A stretch of 63,998 nucleotides of DNA, taken from the NCBI GenBank assembly GCA_040357565.1, contig JBDODJ010000006.1; one strand, written 5' to 3'. Source of the stretch: Cercozoa sp. M6MM (lineage: Eukaryota; Protista; Endomyxa: Ascetosporea). The notes below the pieces were generated by a model that had not been told where the DNA came from, did no database searches, and saw nothing but the letters and a program-made list of their open reading frames with translations. The translations under genes were made by a program, and so were the position numbers. Below, in pieces: positions 25,201 through 46,208 of the stretch (its first letter is position 1; the number at the start of each line of letters is the position of its first letter).

Positions 25201-26553
25201 CAGATCAGATACAAAGTACAACTGCACACTTTGTACAGGACGTGTCAAAACGAGGAAAAGTCGCAACAATTGCGTCGTTTTGGCGAACGCGTTTTACGAC
25301 TCGTGCGCAAGCCTCTCGTGCAGGCATTCGGTACTTAGTTATGTCCACTATGCTAGTACCTAGCGAACAAGCTTGTTCTCACAGGAAAGGCACACAAGGA
25401 CATCGAGCACTGGAGTCGTATCATGGCCTTTATTGTCGACGCCGATCTGGCGGCGGTGCATTCGTCTTCGGTATGTGCTTAACTCGTTGTTCTGTAACCG
25501 TATAATACATTTGTGCTATACAGGACAATCTCGAGAAGGACACAGTGCTGGGCGATGTGTTGTTGCGAGAGCTTACGCCGAAGCAGTCGCAGCGACGTCG
25601 AGCGCGTGGAATGCGCAAATTGACGCTGCTGCTGCTGTCTCCCAGTGCACCTGCGGTACATGAATATTATATGTATATAATATGTATGTTGTAGTGGTAG
25701 AGATATCTGGTGTGTGTATGCATGCTTGTGTGCAGTTGCTGGGTCGTTATGCCAGCATGGTGGTGGAGCGTGTCCTGCACGCTGTGTCGATCGTATGTGC
25801 ACCTGATGGCGACATCGACACGCGACTCGGTGATCCCGACACGCGAAGTACACTCGTGGCATCCTTCCTGTGTGCGCGCGCACTATGTTGGCGTGCGAAG
25901 TAATGCCTCTCCTGTCAATCTCTATCTCAGTGTATTAATAACGTGTGTATGCTTGACATAGGAGGCACAAACAAGCAGACAGTGAGGTGCGAGCAATGTG
26001 GCCAGCACTCCTGGCGTCTGCCTTTCAGTTGTTGTCACTTCCTGTTGGTATCACAGTACTTTTGTTTTCTGTACACATACGATCAGCATACCTTGCTGTG
26101 TCCATAACAGAAGACGAGCAAGTCGCGCTGTCAGTGTGCGGAGTGTTGGACACTCTGCTCTTGCTGGACTCGCAAAGTGCCGAACTATTCTTGGTATACC
26201 TGTTGTCCTTGCCTATCCCCCACCCTCCCAGCATGCTTGCTTCGGCAGGGAGGTTTTGTGGGAGAGACGGGAGTACTGACGCGGGTGAAACACGATCTAC
26301 CAGACACTGAGGTACCGTGTATCATAATGTTGAAGCTTCCTGATAAGTTGCCTTGTGTAGACTGCGAGATTCGCCGCTGCGTTCGAGCAGGCCGTGCAAG
26401 ACCAGGTATCCTTCAGCGCCCACAATGCAAGTCTGCAGTTTTTCCGTTGCACCATTCCTGTAGGCGCTTGGTGCTCGAAGGCGCTTGCCTGACTTGAACT
26501 TGGTGCACCGCAGTTTGCTTGGACAGCTGGCTGCGCTGTACGTGGCGATTTAA
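19557..26553 (+). CDS. DOP1: Dopey family protein (DOP1/PAD-1), many exons
   Basis: Dopey_N-like motifs ASEWSDVIQQLRRLGRVL, TSLPAGAHLVALEVFGTLL, DKDVLVRRAALDLL, RDASVRRRVFKWLLG; C-terminal FLCARAL...MWPALLA motif. Start codon uncertain. Confidence 0.82.
22166..22262. repeat. Compound (CA)n/(TA)n microsatellite in a Dopey intron
   Basis: Direct reading. Confidence 0.9.
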
Positions 26554-27121
26554 TGTAGCTGCTACGCGACCTATCGTATTGTATCTCTCAACTTACATGA
26601 CGATGCATATGCCGCGTGGCGGGCACGCGCAGCGCAGTGAGCTGGCTGTGCTCTCCCGTACATTGTAACTGGCCGGATCCTGTCACGTCATATACATCAG
26701 TGTTACAGCATGATCTACTGTATCCGCGCGGAAGCCATTTTAAGACTTACAAAAACACCTCAAGAGAGGTGTGGAAGATTATGACGCGTGCTCGCTGGGA
26801 AGCCTTGAGCAAGCTTTTGCAGCTGAACTCAAAGAAGAGCTGTCTCGACCAGGTAATCTGATCTCTCCAGGACCAGTTGTCTTCGCTTCTACCCGTCCTC
26901 TGCCTTTCCAGAGGCCCTTCCCTTCTTTCTTCTTCCTGGCAAAATACCCCTCAATTCGATATACCAAGGCCTGATCTCTATCTGAGACGGGCTGCGGTAA
27001 CATCGGATCCGTCGGTTAGTATGGTATAGAATTCGATCGGGTGAACCCCACTCACCCACACCAACCGGACAAACTGAACGGAACAACTCGCCGCGCGTCG
27101 GAGCGCAGATGAGACGCCTCG

Positions 27122-28834
27122 CTAGTCATTCTTCTTGTCGGGAAGTTGGTCGACGACAGGTTCGGCGTCCTCCTGGAAGTCCGCCTTCTCGTCGGCGTCA
27201 TCTCCCTGCCCGGAACACATAGAGATACCAACATGTGAGACAGTAGGTTTGGACAAAGCAAGAGCACGTCATCGGTGCGGTTGTCCTCGGCCTCGCCGGT
27301 GACGATGGTGGTGACCACGATGCGCATTATGAGCACGAACCAGTAGATGTGCATGCACTGCAGGATGAGCAGGAAGCTCACGAAGCCGTACTGAAAGACA
27401 CTCATCTCGCCACCCTGGAGCGTTGCGCTGTACATGCAAAAGCACCATGATAGACTGATACCATCTCTTGTCATAACAGAAAGAGAACGCACTAATCCGT
27501 GACGATGGAAGCAATGGCGCGGAACGGGAACAGGAACAGGCGGAACACGAGCCACGAAACGGTGAATAAGGCGAAGATCACGTTGGCCGCGCTGGCAAAG
27601 CCGAGGTACTTGTGCAGCTTGGCCACCTCCATCAGCACGTCAGTAACGTCGTGGCAGAAGGTCACCCAGATGCCGATACGCAGGTAATTGAACGCGTAGC
27701 TGAACGAGATGAGCGAGATCGTCACCACGTGGTGCACGAGCATCACCACAAAGTCCTTCTTGCGCTCGTCATACAGTAGGTGCCACACCAGCAGATGTAC
27801 GTTCAAAGCGCACTGTCCAAGCAATAACCAACCGTTTAGCTAGAGTCCCACACACCTACACGAGAGAGACAGGCACCTGCAAAATGTAGAAGAGCTTCTG
27901 CGACACTGTGACCTCCTGCATCGGCCACGACAGCCAGTTGCGCGACGTGTCGGCAAAGTAATCCGAGTTTAGCAGCAGCTGAGACCAGACGCACATGTAA
28001 GACAAAGGAAGACAAAGCACAAGTAAACAGGCGACGTACCTGGCAGTTGAAGTACCACAGCGAACCGTACGCCCAAAAGCGGAACGCACTTTCGACAAAC
28101 TTGGCCACTTTCATTGCATGTCGCTTCTCCTGACGTCTATGACGGAACCTACCAACATTACTCACTCATTTCACCTCCCTCTGTTTTAAAAGCAAAGTAA
28201 GCGATACCAGACACCGCAATCTTCAACAGAAACACAGAGCTTCTTGGCGAGTTCACGCACGCGCGATTTCTATCCTCACACAGCTTCAGCCGGACAAAAA
28301 CAAAAGCATCTGAGAAGGCTACCTTCGGCAGTGTGCTGCCTTGCTTCTCAAGCAACTCGAGTTCCACGCCGAGTGTTTTCTCAACCGTCTGGGGCGACAA
28401 AGCGGCGAACGAGGCCGGCAACTTTGAAATCGTCGAGACCTGGCCAGAAACATACACAGCTCGACGCCAGTTGTGAATTGCGGGGCGTGAGTGAGATGAT
28501 CTACCTTTCGCAATTTTAGCAAGAAGGAGGCAACGGCACCGATGATCTTGTCGCTGAGAATGTGCGCAATGGACCAAAACAGCACAGCCAATGGCGTGTA
28601 GACGAGAAGCTCGGCCAGCTGCGGGTACTCCCATGTTTCGACGATTGACTTCTCAACTGGAATGAATGGGATGCTGCCGTCCGCGTTGAGCGACTCCGAG
28701 AAGTACCCATTGGCGAGCCCGATCCTGTCGACATCGGCCGTGAGGCGCAGGAGCGACAATGGGTGCGGCAGCTGCGTCTGCAGTGCCTCGACAAGCCACC
28801 CAAAAGGCCCAAACACTCGGCCTGCCCACTGCAT
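27122..28834 (-). CDS. Ceramide synthase (LAG1/LASS/CerS, TLC domain) with homeodomain-like insert
   Basis: Lag1p motif RKKDFVVMLVHHVVTISLISFSY...RIGIWVTFCHDVTDVLMEVAK; KFVESAFRF; C-terminal EDNRTDD plus acidic tail; spliced upstream segment RELAKKLCVSVEDCGVWFRHRR. Confidence 0.92.
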
Positions 28835-29176
28835 CAGTCACTTTGCGAACCGCACGCTCCGATTGGGTAAACGGTCACTAGAGGCGGAGACGCCACTCCA
28901 GACGCACTCCTAGATAAGCAGCACTGATTGGGACTGTGCCAAAGGCCTGATTAGCTCTGGCCACTCGCGCGCTGAAGGGACTGTTGATCAATGACCCAAA
29001 AAAGAAAAACGACTCCGCTCTGGTCTTCTTCCGTATCACTATCGGCTGCGTAGCTGCGATATATTAGCGTCGGTAACACTGGTGCTGACGGCACATCACG
29101 TAAATTCACTGTATTTACATATCATGCAGTCCGTTAGTCGAGGCTGTAGGTACGACCACGACCGAGCAATTTAGAA

Positions 29177-33054
<3,878 letters not shown>

Positions 33055-33414
33055 TCGTTCTTGAGATATACCCAGCCGCACACGTGTGGGATGATACGAG
33101 CAACCGTCAAACGGCGCACAAAAGGATAAAATAGGTCGGGATCGGATGAGGCGAAGCGGCCTCGCCGGTGTCAGCTCTCTATGCAATCGCACCTGCACAC
33201 TGGGCCAGAGCCACCTCTTCTCATGGCTGATCAGGTCACTATTAAGGGGGCTCAGAAACGCAGACTAAATTACTTGGTTGCACGTGCGGTCTAGAGACGC
33301 AAAGTGACACTTTGAGTCTGTTTGTCGGTGAATCAGTTGCATTGAACCACATTAAATAGCCGTATCGTTCATTTTGTGCAGTGTACACGGAGATTTAGCC
33401 AAGACAAAGTTGAG

Positions 33415-34719
<1,305 letters not shown>

Positions 34720-34766
34720 ACTTCAGTTCTGCTTTCAGGTTCAGTTGTTAATTAGAAGCTGTGGGA

Positions 34767-35672
34767 CTATGCTGTGGGACTATTATCATGATCATTGGCG
34801 CCGCTCCCGACGTCACCATGCCCATCAACATCCACATCGTTGTCGCTGGCACAGAGCGTGACGTTAGCGCTGGCGCTGTCGGCGACGAAGCTGCACCACA
34901 TGGCGGCACTCACGTCGTGCACGCTGTCGTTGAGGATACTCCTGTCGGCGTTGCTTGCGGTAGATGGGTCGACTGGTGGTCTGTGCAGCTGCCTGGAGGT
35001 GGAGTCGTTCTCTGCTGTTGTCGTTTGTGATCTGTCGTCAGTGTTTCCGTCAGTGGAATGGTCGTTGTTGATGGCACCGGCCTCGCTGTCTCTGTCGTCG
35101 TCGTCCTGCATGCGATCGCGCTGCTGCTGCTGCAGTGCCTGTACCTCACGGCGTTTCTCCCGTCGGTAGAAGGCGACGTTGGACGCCTGTGCTTGGCGCT
35201 GTCGCAGTGTCTGCTGCAGCTGTGACACGTCCTTGCGGAGTTCCGACAGTGACTGGAGTGACAGCTCGAGTCGCGAGACTTCCGCGCGGAACTCTGTATG
35301 CACCAGATGCGAGGGGAAAAGTGGATGTGAGTAGGGAGAAACGCACCCTTCGACTCGGCCTCGTCGGTGGCGACGTCAGTGTCGCGCGAACGTCGTCGCT
35401 TTTTGCGTTGCGGCAGTTCCTCCGCCTCGCTGTCGCTGTCCAGATCGCTGAACTCGCCGAGTTCCTCGTCCACTACAAAGGTGTGCTTTGCACCAACATA
35501 GCAGCCAACTATAGGATAAAAACAAGGCACCTTCCTGAGCAGAGCGACCTCTGGCACGGAGCAGAGTGCGCGCGGAACCAGCCATATCTTTCGTTTCGGC
35601 GCACACTGACGCGACTGCTGCCACGCTGCATCAAACACCAATACACATCCCCATAGGGAGAGATATATATAC

Positions 35673-35712
<40 letters not shown>

Positions 35713-36462
35713 CATCAACCAGTTGGTACCAAGGTGGAGCAGAGGCATCAAAGCAGCGGAGTGCTGCCCTTCGTACTCTTTTGCGCATCGCTTGAACTGT
35801 ACAGTGCAGTCAAATAGAATATAAAGTAAGTACACTGCATGAAGGAACCAAAGTACCCTTCCTGAGGAGACGCTCCTCTTTGGCAGTCGACGCAGCGAGT
35901 GCTTCGTCCACGGGTCCTTCGACAGGCGGCACCTCGGTCTGCGCGTCGAATTCAAGCACTGCCTCGGCGTTGTGTCGACTGAACGTTGTGCACTTCAGGT
36001 GCTCCAGTGCCTGCGAAACGCCAAGACACATCAGCACCAGGCAATAACAGCCACGCAAACACTCTTTCATCACTGTACCGCAAAGAAGACAACTCGCTCG
36101 TTTTCGCTCATGTTGCGTTCCTGCGCGACTTTATCGCGATTCTCGTCGAGGAACAGCGCGAATCGCTCGCGCAGCCACAGCAGCGACCGCAGCTGGTCCA
36201 GCAGAGCGACCTGCCGCCATTGCCGCGTGCGCTGGCTTCCTGACCGCGTTGGGTGCGCCTGCGAAATCTGTGAAGACTGTGATGACTGCACTGGCTGTGA
36301 AGCCTGCACTGGCTGTGAAGCCTGCACGGGTTGCGCGGCTTGCGGCGATTCGTCCCTCCTCTCGGGCGCACGTGCCTCCTGCGACTGTGCGGATGGCACC
36401 ACACCCGTTGGAGAAGAAGGAGGCAATTCCGCTGCGTCGTTGGAGCCGATCTCCGCGCTCAT
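34767..36462 (-). CDS. Hypothetical protein, probably nuclear (QASQPV repeats, acidic patch, NLS-like RKKRRRSR, coiled coil)
   Basis: ORF segments 36070-36462, 35810-36073 and 34767-35303 can be linked by short GT-AG introns; no family recognised. Confidence 0.55.
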
Positions 36463-36891
36463 ACTACATCAATCAGCACCGAGCCACACGTTCGTATACT
36501 GGTGTCGCTTCTTACTGCCCTAGAGCCGTGCTGAAGGCTGCGTTATGACACTGGCTCTGGCTCGTGTTTTGAGCCGAAAAGACTGTTTTCGCTGAACAAG
36601 CATTCAAATGCCCATTTAAAGTGCTTTTTGGGTTCCAAACTAGTATTGAATTTGTCCGCAATAATACTGACCTGCCTCGTGACTCGCGATATAAACAGCA
36701 ACATGGGTGCTGTGCTTTTGTTGCGGCACGCCGCGGCGCTGCAGGCCTTCGGTCTTCGGGCCGCACAAAGCTTCACATGATTTTCGGTACTTGGCGCATT
36801 GCAAGATTCAAGCTAACTGCCAAGAGACCGAGGCTCTCCGCGCGCAAGCTCGAGTGTGTGGATGCGACTGTGCCTGCTAGTGCTGCTCGGC

Positions 36892-37388
36892 ATGTCCAAG
36901 TTCGTGGTGTTTTCCGACGGATCGCGTGTCGCTCTGAACGCTGTACTCTTTTTTGGCTTTCCCCAGGATACACCGGATGCGGTGTCTTTATAGCACAATA
37001 ATGAAGGCGAACTCCCGCCGCACATGCTGCCGCCTGGAATGATGGTACACTTTGCTCTCTGTCTTCGCTAGAACTGATACTGATGTATTGTTGTGGAGTG
37101 TGCAGCCTCCGATGGCGACTCCCACGGTGGATGAGCGTCCACGTCCGATCGCGAGTGCCTCGGCGCGCGAGAACTTTGAGCGTGCTGACGAGACGATGCA
37201 GAAGCAGTGGTCGCACGTGATGGAGGCGCTGGACAAGGAGCCGCACCGTATCAACATGGGCCAATTGAACCACGCACTCGCTGTGACTGAGCACTTCGAG
37301 ACGCAGCTCACGTCCGAGCACATTGACGAGCTGCGTCGCGATGAAACCTGTATATTGACTTGTGTGACTTGATGACTGTGATGTCGAC

Positions 37389-37441
<53 letters not shown>

Positions 37442-38521
37442 GGCACACCGCGTGCCTGTATCGGACGAGAGCGACTGCGCCTCGCGCTTCGTGTTCGGTC
37501 CGGTGCCGCCGCCAGCGCGCGACTTTGTCGAGCACAGTGTGTACCACGCGGCCGACGTGCTGCGTGCCATGAGCATTGGCGCCGACGAGGCCGACCTCGA
37601 GATGGCACGTCTTGACAAGTTGCAGGCCGAGGCAGAGGCCAAGCAGGAGCTAGGCAAGCCCAGCGACGACACACCGACGCCAACGACGCAACCGCCGGAC
37701 GCACGCGTTGCTCTGATTCCTTACTTCCTGTACGCGTTCGCTGGTGCACCTCGCCGCCTGGTCGACCCGGCAACGTTGCCTCATGAGGTACTGTATCTTG
37801 GCTTCTCGCACCACTGTGCACTTGGTCGCTGCAGGAAGAAGAAGCTGAAGGCGAGGAAGAGACGCAACGTACGCAACTTAACGCAGAAGAGAAGCTGCCG
37901 CTGCTGCTGTGGCACGCCATGCCGCGCGAGGAGTTGTGGCGACTCATGCGCGACGGCGGCTTCCGCATCGGTGACACGGAGGGTCTGCGACTCACGCCGT
38001 CGTTGGCGGCCGCCATGCTGCGCACGCGCCAGCAGAACCGTCGCCTGTGCGACACGGCCTTCCTGGCCGTGGTGGTGCTCGACAAGAACGCTCCCGTGGT
38101 CGCCTCCGACGAAGGTGAGCGTCCCGAGGCCAAGCTCGTGTTCCACGGCGGCGACGTCGGCGACTTCCTCAAGCGCACGGCACTGCCCGACACTGCCAAG
38201 GTGGCCAAGCTGCGCGAGAGCCACGACATTCCCGAGGAGGCCTTTGACGACACCGACGACGACATGTTCATGCGGTTGCGCCTGCCTCTGCTTCCGCCTC
38301 TGTCTTGTCTCAAACTCGGTCTGAGTCGCGAGACCATGTGTGATCTCGACGACATTGGCCAGCAGTTGGCCGACAGTGCTGGCGACGGCGTCGAGTTGCC
38401 GCACTTTGTGGCGCGCGGTGACGCCATCGACGTGGCCGGACAAAGCGCCGGACGCGACGTGCATTCTCTCGTCCGCCCGCTCATGGTTTTCTTCTTCCCG
38501 GACACGTCGCAAATGGCTTAA
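36892..38521 (+). CDS. Protein with a degenerate PARP/ADP-ribosyltransferase-like C-terminal domain
   Basis: Spliced ORF from MSKFVVFSDGS...; the last exon has LLLWHAM...GGFRIG...GLRLT...AFLAVVVL...HFVARG...VRPLMVFFF, in the order of the PARP catalytic strands. The gene is well supported; the fold assignment is inference. Confidence 0.55.
37391..37437. repeat. (TG)n microsatellite directly before a 3' splice site
   Basis: (TG)n runs straight into CAG. Confidence 0.9.
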
Positions 38522-38973
38522 GCTACACCCGACATCAGCGACTGAGCGGCGGCCCTTGCTGGCACTCCGAAGTTTACTGAAGCAATTTTTAGCCAGTTTG
38601 AGGAGCCGAGTTGTAGCGTCGCCAGGCCGGCATTTGGTTCAGTTGTGATTTGTCTGTGGCGGCGATTCACTTCAACGCACAGTGACGGCAAAGTTAGTTT
38701 AATCGGGTGGGTAGCAAAGTACAATAGATCGACACGACAATCACGCACAAGGAAGCCTGAAAGTCAACCAAGTTGACGGGCTGAGTGGGCGGCTGGGTGA
38801 GCAGTCAAGACGAGACTTGAAGAATACAAAAGCCGGCCACCCAGACCTCAAGCAGATGAATGGACCGTGGCGTGAGTCGCGCGCCTGGCAAATCGAAGAG
38901 CAGAGGGGAGACAGAAGGAGTGAGTGCCGAAGTGTGTGTGTGTGTCGTGTCGGTCGGGGCGTTTGAATATTTC

Positions 38974-42087
<3,114 letters not shown>

Positions 42088-42265
42088 AACAGCCTCTCGC
42101 TGCACCTTTAGATTTGTGCACGTGCTTGGGATCAACTGTGTTTCGAGATGGCCCTTATTTATGGGCTTTGTGTCGACCTTGTTTACAGTTGACTTTCGCA
42201 TCTTTCGTTTGTTCTTGTTTTAATGTCTGTTTGTTCGTTTCGACGTGTACTCTGGTTTTAGTAGC

Positions 42266-43584
42266 ATGGGGTGCTGCGCTTTCTCGCGCATGTCCCCCGA
42301 GGACCGCGCATCACAGCGTCGGAGCCGTGACATGGTATTTCCTGCCTTTAGTGGTGCCGACAGTCATGTGTCTTTTGTGTGGTGCAGGAGCGCGAACTAC
42401 AGCGTCAACGACGCAAGGAAATGCAGATCAAGAAGCTGCTCCTGCTGGGTGCCGGTGAATCCGGCAAGTCGACGCTCTTCAAGCAGATGATCACTCTGTA
42501 CAGGTACTGGGTGTTTCACTGCCGTGCACAAGTTGAGTCAAACGGTTTGTGTCCGCGCGCAGAGGAGGTTTCAGTGTGGAGGATCGAAAGACATTCACCT
42601 CCGTCGTGTACGACAATTGTGTTGGTACATCACCATGCACGCAACACTACCTGTGCTTAACGTTCCCTGCCCCATCTGTCAGGTTCGATGAAAACGTTGA
42701 TCGAGGCCGCTATTGATCTTCAAGAGAGCGATGGTTCCTTTATGACTAAGACTCACCATAAAGATTTACCTTTGGTATACTGCCTGTAGGCACATACGTC
42801 GAGGCGAGCAACGAGAGCATTGCCCAGCACATTCTGGACCTGGAGCAGGACACTGAGGTGGCTAGCTGTCCTAATCAAAGCCGTCACTTGGAGTGCTCGT
42901 GAGTTTGTGCTTGTCTTTGTGCAGGTGGACATGGAACTGGCCGAGCAGATCAGTCGCTTGTGGCAGGACTCAGGCATCCAGAAAACCTTTTCCCTCAGCA
43001 GGTATCCCACGTGTGCTTGCTCCATTGCGCACCGTATTTCACCCCCCTCGTGTTGTCTGTCCGCAGCAAGTACCAACTGCTCGACTCTGCGTCATACTTT
43101 TTCGGCCGCGTCGCCGACATTGGTCGCCCAGACTATGTGCCTACCGAACAGGATGTCTTGCGCACGTACTCATTCTCTCTTTCTCTGCACGCACCCTTGT
43201 CTTGCTGTACGTGTTAATTTGTTCGTTGCTTGCAGTCGTGTGCGTACGACGGGTATCGTCGAGACGGCATTTGAGATCGAAAACAACCTGTTCAAAATGT
43301 TCGATGTTGGCGGTAGCTTACATATAGGCATATACGTATCTGCATAAGTGTGGGGATGATTTGCTTTGAGTGAGCAGGTCAGCGCAGTGAGCGACGAAAG
43401 TGGATCCACTGCTTCGAGGACGTCACGTCGGTGATTTTTGTTGCTGCCATCAGCGAGTACGACCAGGTACAACGTCCCTTGTTGTGCTACACCATGCATT
43501 GGCCAAAACAATGCGTTAAACTTAGATGTTGTACGAGGACGACGAAACCAATCGTGTCCATGAGGTATGTTCCCGCTGCCTGCA

Positions 43585-43640
<56 letters not shown>

Positions 43641-43666
43641 ATGTGTGTGTGTGTGTGTGTGTGTTA

Positions 43667-43714
<48 letters not shown>

Positions 43715-43724
43715 NNNNNNNNNN

Positions 43725-43773
<49 letters not shown>

Positions 43774-44284
43774 ATGTGTGTTAATGTGTGTTAATGTGTG
43801 TTAATGTGTGCTGCGTGGTGATGTGCTCCATAGGCATTGAAGCTGTTTGACGATATCTGCAACTCGCGCTGGTTCAAGAAGATGCCGATCATCCTGTTCC
43901 TCAACAAGAAGGACCTCTTCGAAGAGAAGATTCAGAAGGTGCCGCTCACGGTGTGCTTCCCGGAGTTCGAGGGACCGCAGACCTTTGAGCGCGGCTGTGC
44001 CTACATGCAGGTACCCTTTTCGTCCACACAGCTATCGCTTGCGGTATGCCAGACTGACTGTGCACCACAGGAGAAGTTCGAAGAACTCGGCTCAGGCCAG
44101 AAGCAGATCTACACGCACGTGACGTGTGCCACCGACACCAAGAACATTGCGCACGTGTTCAATGCCGTCAAGGACATCCTCATCCGAGAGTCGCTTGTCA
44201 AGAGTATGCATGTTGCTGTGTCTCATCGGTGCCCGAGTGTCTATCTGTCTGTGTGCGTGTGCAGCTGGTTTGATTCCCACGTAA
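42266..44284 (+). CDS. Heterotrimeric G-protein alpha subunit, 12 introns
   Basis: MGCC lipidation-type N-terminus; [51 protein letters not shown]. Confidence 0.97.
43586..43810. repeat. (TG)n microsatellite plus (TTAATGTGTG)x4 in a G-alpha intron
   Basis: Direct reading; includes a 10-N gap. Confidence 0.95.
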
Positions 44285-44653
44285 TCCCGGGCCGCTTTCT
44301 GCCACTTGCGTTGAGTCGGCGCGGCGAGTTTAACTCCACCGGACTGGATCTTCGCTGGTCCTCATGTCAGTGTCACAGGGCGATCGCGAAGCCGAGTGTC
44401 CTTAGGTTTGTGAAAGACAGCTGAGTAATAGTGTTTACATGACGCGCGTCAGTGGCTTCCGTTCAACGCAAATCTATCTTAGACGAGACACGGTTCAGTT
44501 GTCCGCCAGACCGTAAGTCGTATCGAAAAGCTTCGCTGGCCAGTAGCCTTAAAACAGTACTTTTAGCGCGCAGTGTGGTGTCTCATCGGCCATCTTGGCT
44601 TTGCCGGTTTGGGCTGGGTCTTCCAGCCAACGCCAACGACTGGGTCCGAGTCG

Positions 44654-45968
44654 ATGCAGAAACTGAAACAGACCCTGATCATCCGGACACTGAGTTTGTC
44701 GTTCAAACCGCAGCCAATGGTGGCTGCCACTGTCTGTTGCAGTCGTTTTTTGCGTCAGGCAGCGGGACCAGAACAAATGAAACGGTTGGCTATCGACACT
44801 CGATCGATTGAGTACAGTTTTTTCTTGCTGAGATCGCGCCTTGTGTGTTCTGTGCTGCGAGCTGTTCTGCGCGGTGTTATTGAACAAGTGCGTAGGTTTG
44901 AGCCTGTCGATACGAGTGGTAGGTTACCTGCGATAGTTTCGTTTCAACACTGATCATTTGGTCTACAGGCGACCACGACGTGTGTGCCGTGGGAGTGAAA
45001 CGTCGTCGCAAGTTTCAATTTTTCCCCAGGAAGTCGAAAGAAATGCAGTGCCTCAGCTTGCCCGAATTCTGCGCCGATGCGGGCACTGCTTTGCCGAGAG
45101 CGCTGGGCTTGTTTGTTTACCAGGGTCTAGCCCCTTGCGTTTCGCGTCTACTGTGCTTAACGGACGATCAGATATGCGATGACACCTTAGTGCAAGCAGC
45201 GCTGCAAGATGTCGAGGTACCGCGATTTTAGTCATTTAGGGCCCTGAATTGTTTGCGAGATTGATTTTCACAGAAACACGGAGGAGCAAAGTTTGACTCT
45301 GTAACCGAGGAGCAGGTAACATAGCTCGTGTCCACCGCTTAATTAATACACCTTGTCGCTTATGTTTGCTTCTCCGATAGATAATTCGCTCGGAGGTGAA
45401 GCGCGTCTTTGAACCTCACTACGTGCTCGTGTCGGACGGACTACAGCGCCCCAACCTCGCAGGTGATCGGCTCACTTTGCTGCAGCGCATCGTTCGCTTA
45501 CGCCGAAAGGCGATCAAAGACATCCGCTCTGCGCTGTACTGGCGCAAGTCTCTCCAAGCCTTCCGCATCATGCAGCGCGAGGCAATGAAGCGACGGGAAC
45601 GGAGTGCGAAGCGCTCTCGTGCTGCAGCCGCACAAAACGCCCCCAATGACGAAGTAGGTTTGCCTTTCAGTTCTAAGTTGCACTCAGTCTGATACTTGAT
45701 TTTGTTTGATGTCCAGCAGCAATCCGTAACCAAGAAGCAACGCACTCAGAGAGCTCCAAGCGGGAGCAAGGCACCGGTTGCTGCAAAGCGACGCTCACCG
45801 CAGCGCAGCAAACCGTCTACATTGGAGAAGCTGGCGCGTGAGACGCAGTGCGAGTACTGCGGCCTGGTTGGGCGGGTGCGACAGATCTCCGGGCACAAGG
45901 CGCATTGCAAAGTCAAGAAGCAGCAAGAATCCGCCCGTGCCACAGTCGAATCGGCACCATCATCTTGA
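44654..45968 (+). CDS. Hypothetical basic protein with C-terminal C2HC zinc finger
   Basis: Exons join in frame up to CEYCGLVGRVRQISGHKAHC (C-x2-C-x11-H-x3-C); Arg/Lys-rich. 5' end uncertain. Confidence 0.55.
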
Positions 45969-46208
45969 ATGAAGTCTTCAGGCTTGTCGTCACAGCATAG
46001 TCGGCACGACAGAAGCGTCGTGCATTGCTCGACGGGGGGGGGGGGGGGTGTCGCTCGTCGCATCCAACTAGTCCGATCTTATTGGCTAGTAGGAGTTGTT
46101 CCAGTCTAAGTTTATTTATTTATGCATACCTACCGTACGTCGCGTACTACCCGAACACCGCACTGGCATTGATATCTTTACTGGATCGTACGGAGGTCAC
46201 TTTGAGCG

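Noticed and set aside
26560-27050. Small gene or ncRNA between Dopey and ceramide synthase
   Set aside because: Only short ORFs without motifs are present, and no tRNA or snoRNA signatures were recognised.
36988-38512. Long antisense ORFs (505 aa, 243 aa) and similar ones opposite other genes
   Set aside because: These are shadows of GC-rich codon usage on the coding strand, with no recognisable motifs.
44452-44811. OTU-like Cys motif (NGGCHCLLQSF) in a short ORF
   Set aside because: The frame stops soon after with no downstream His motif, and an overlapping frame splices better into the zinc-finger gene.
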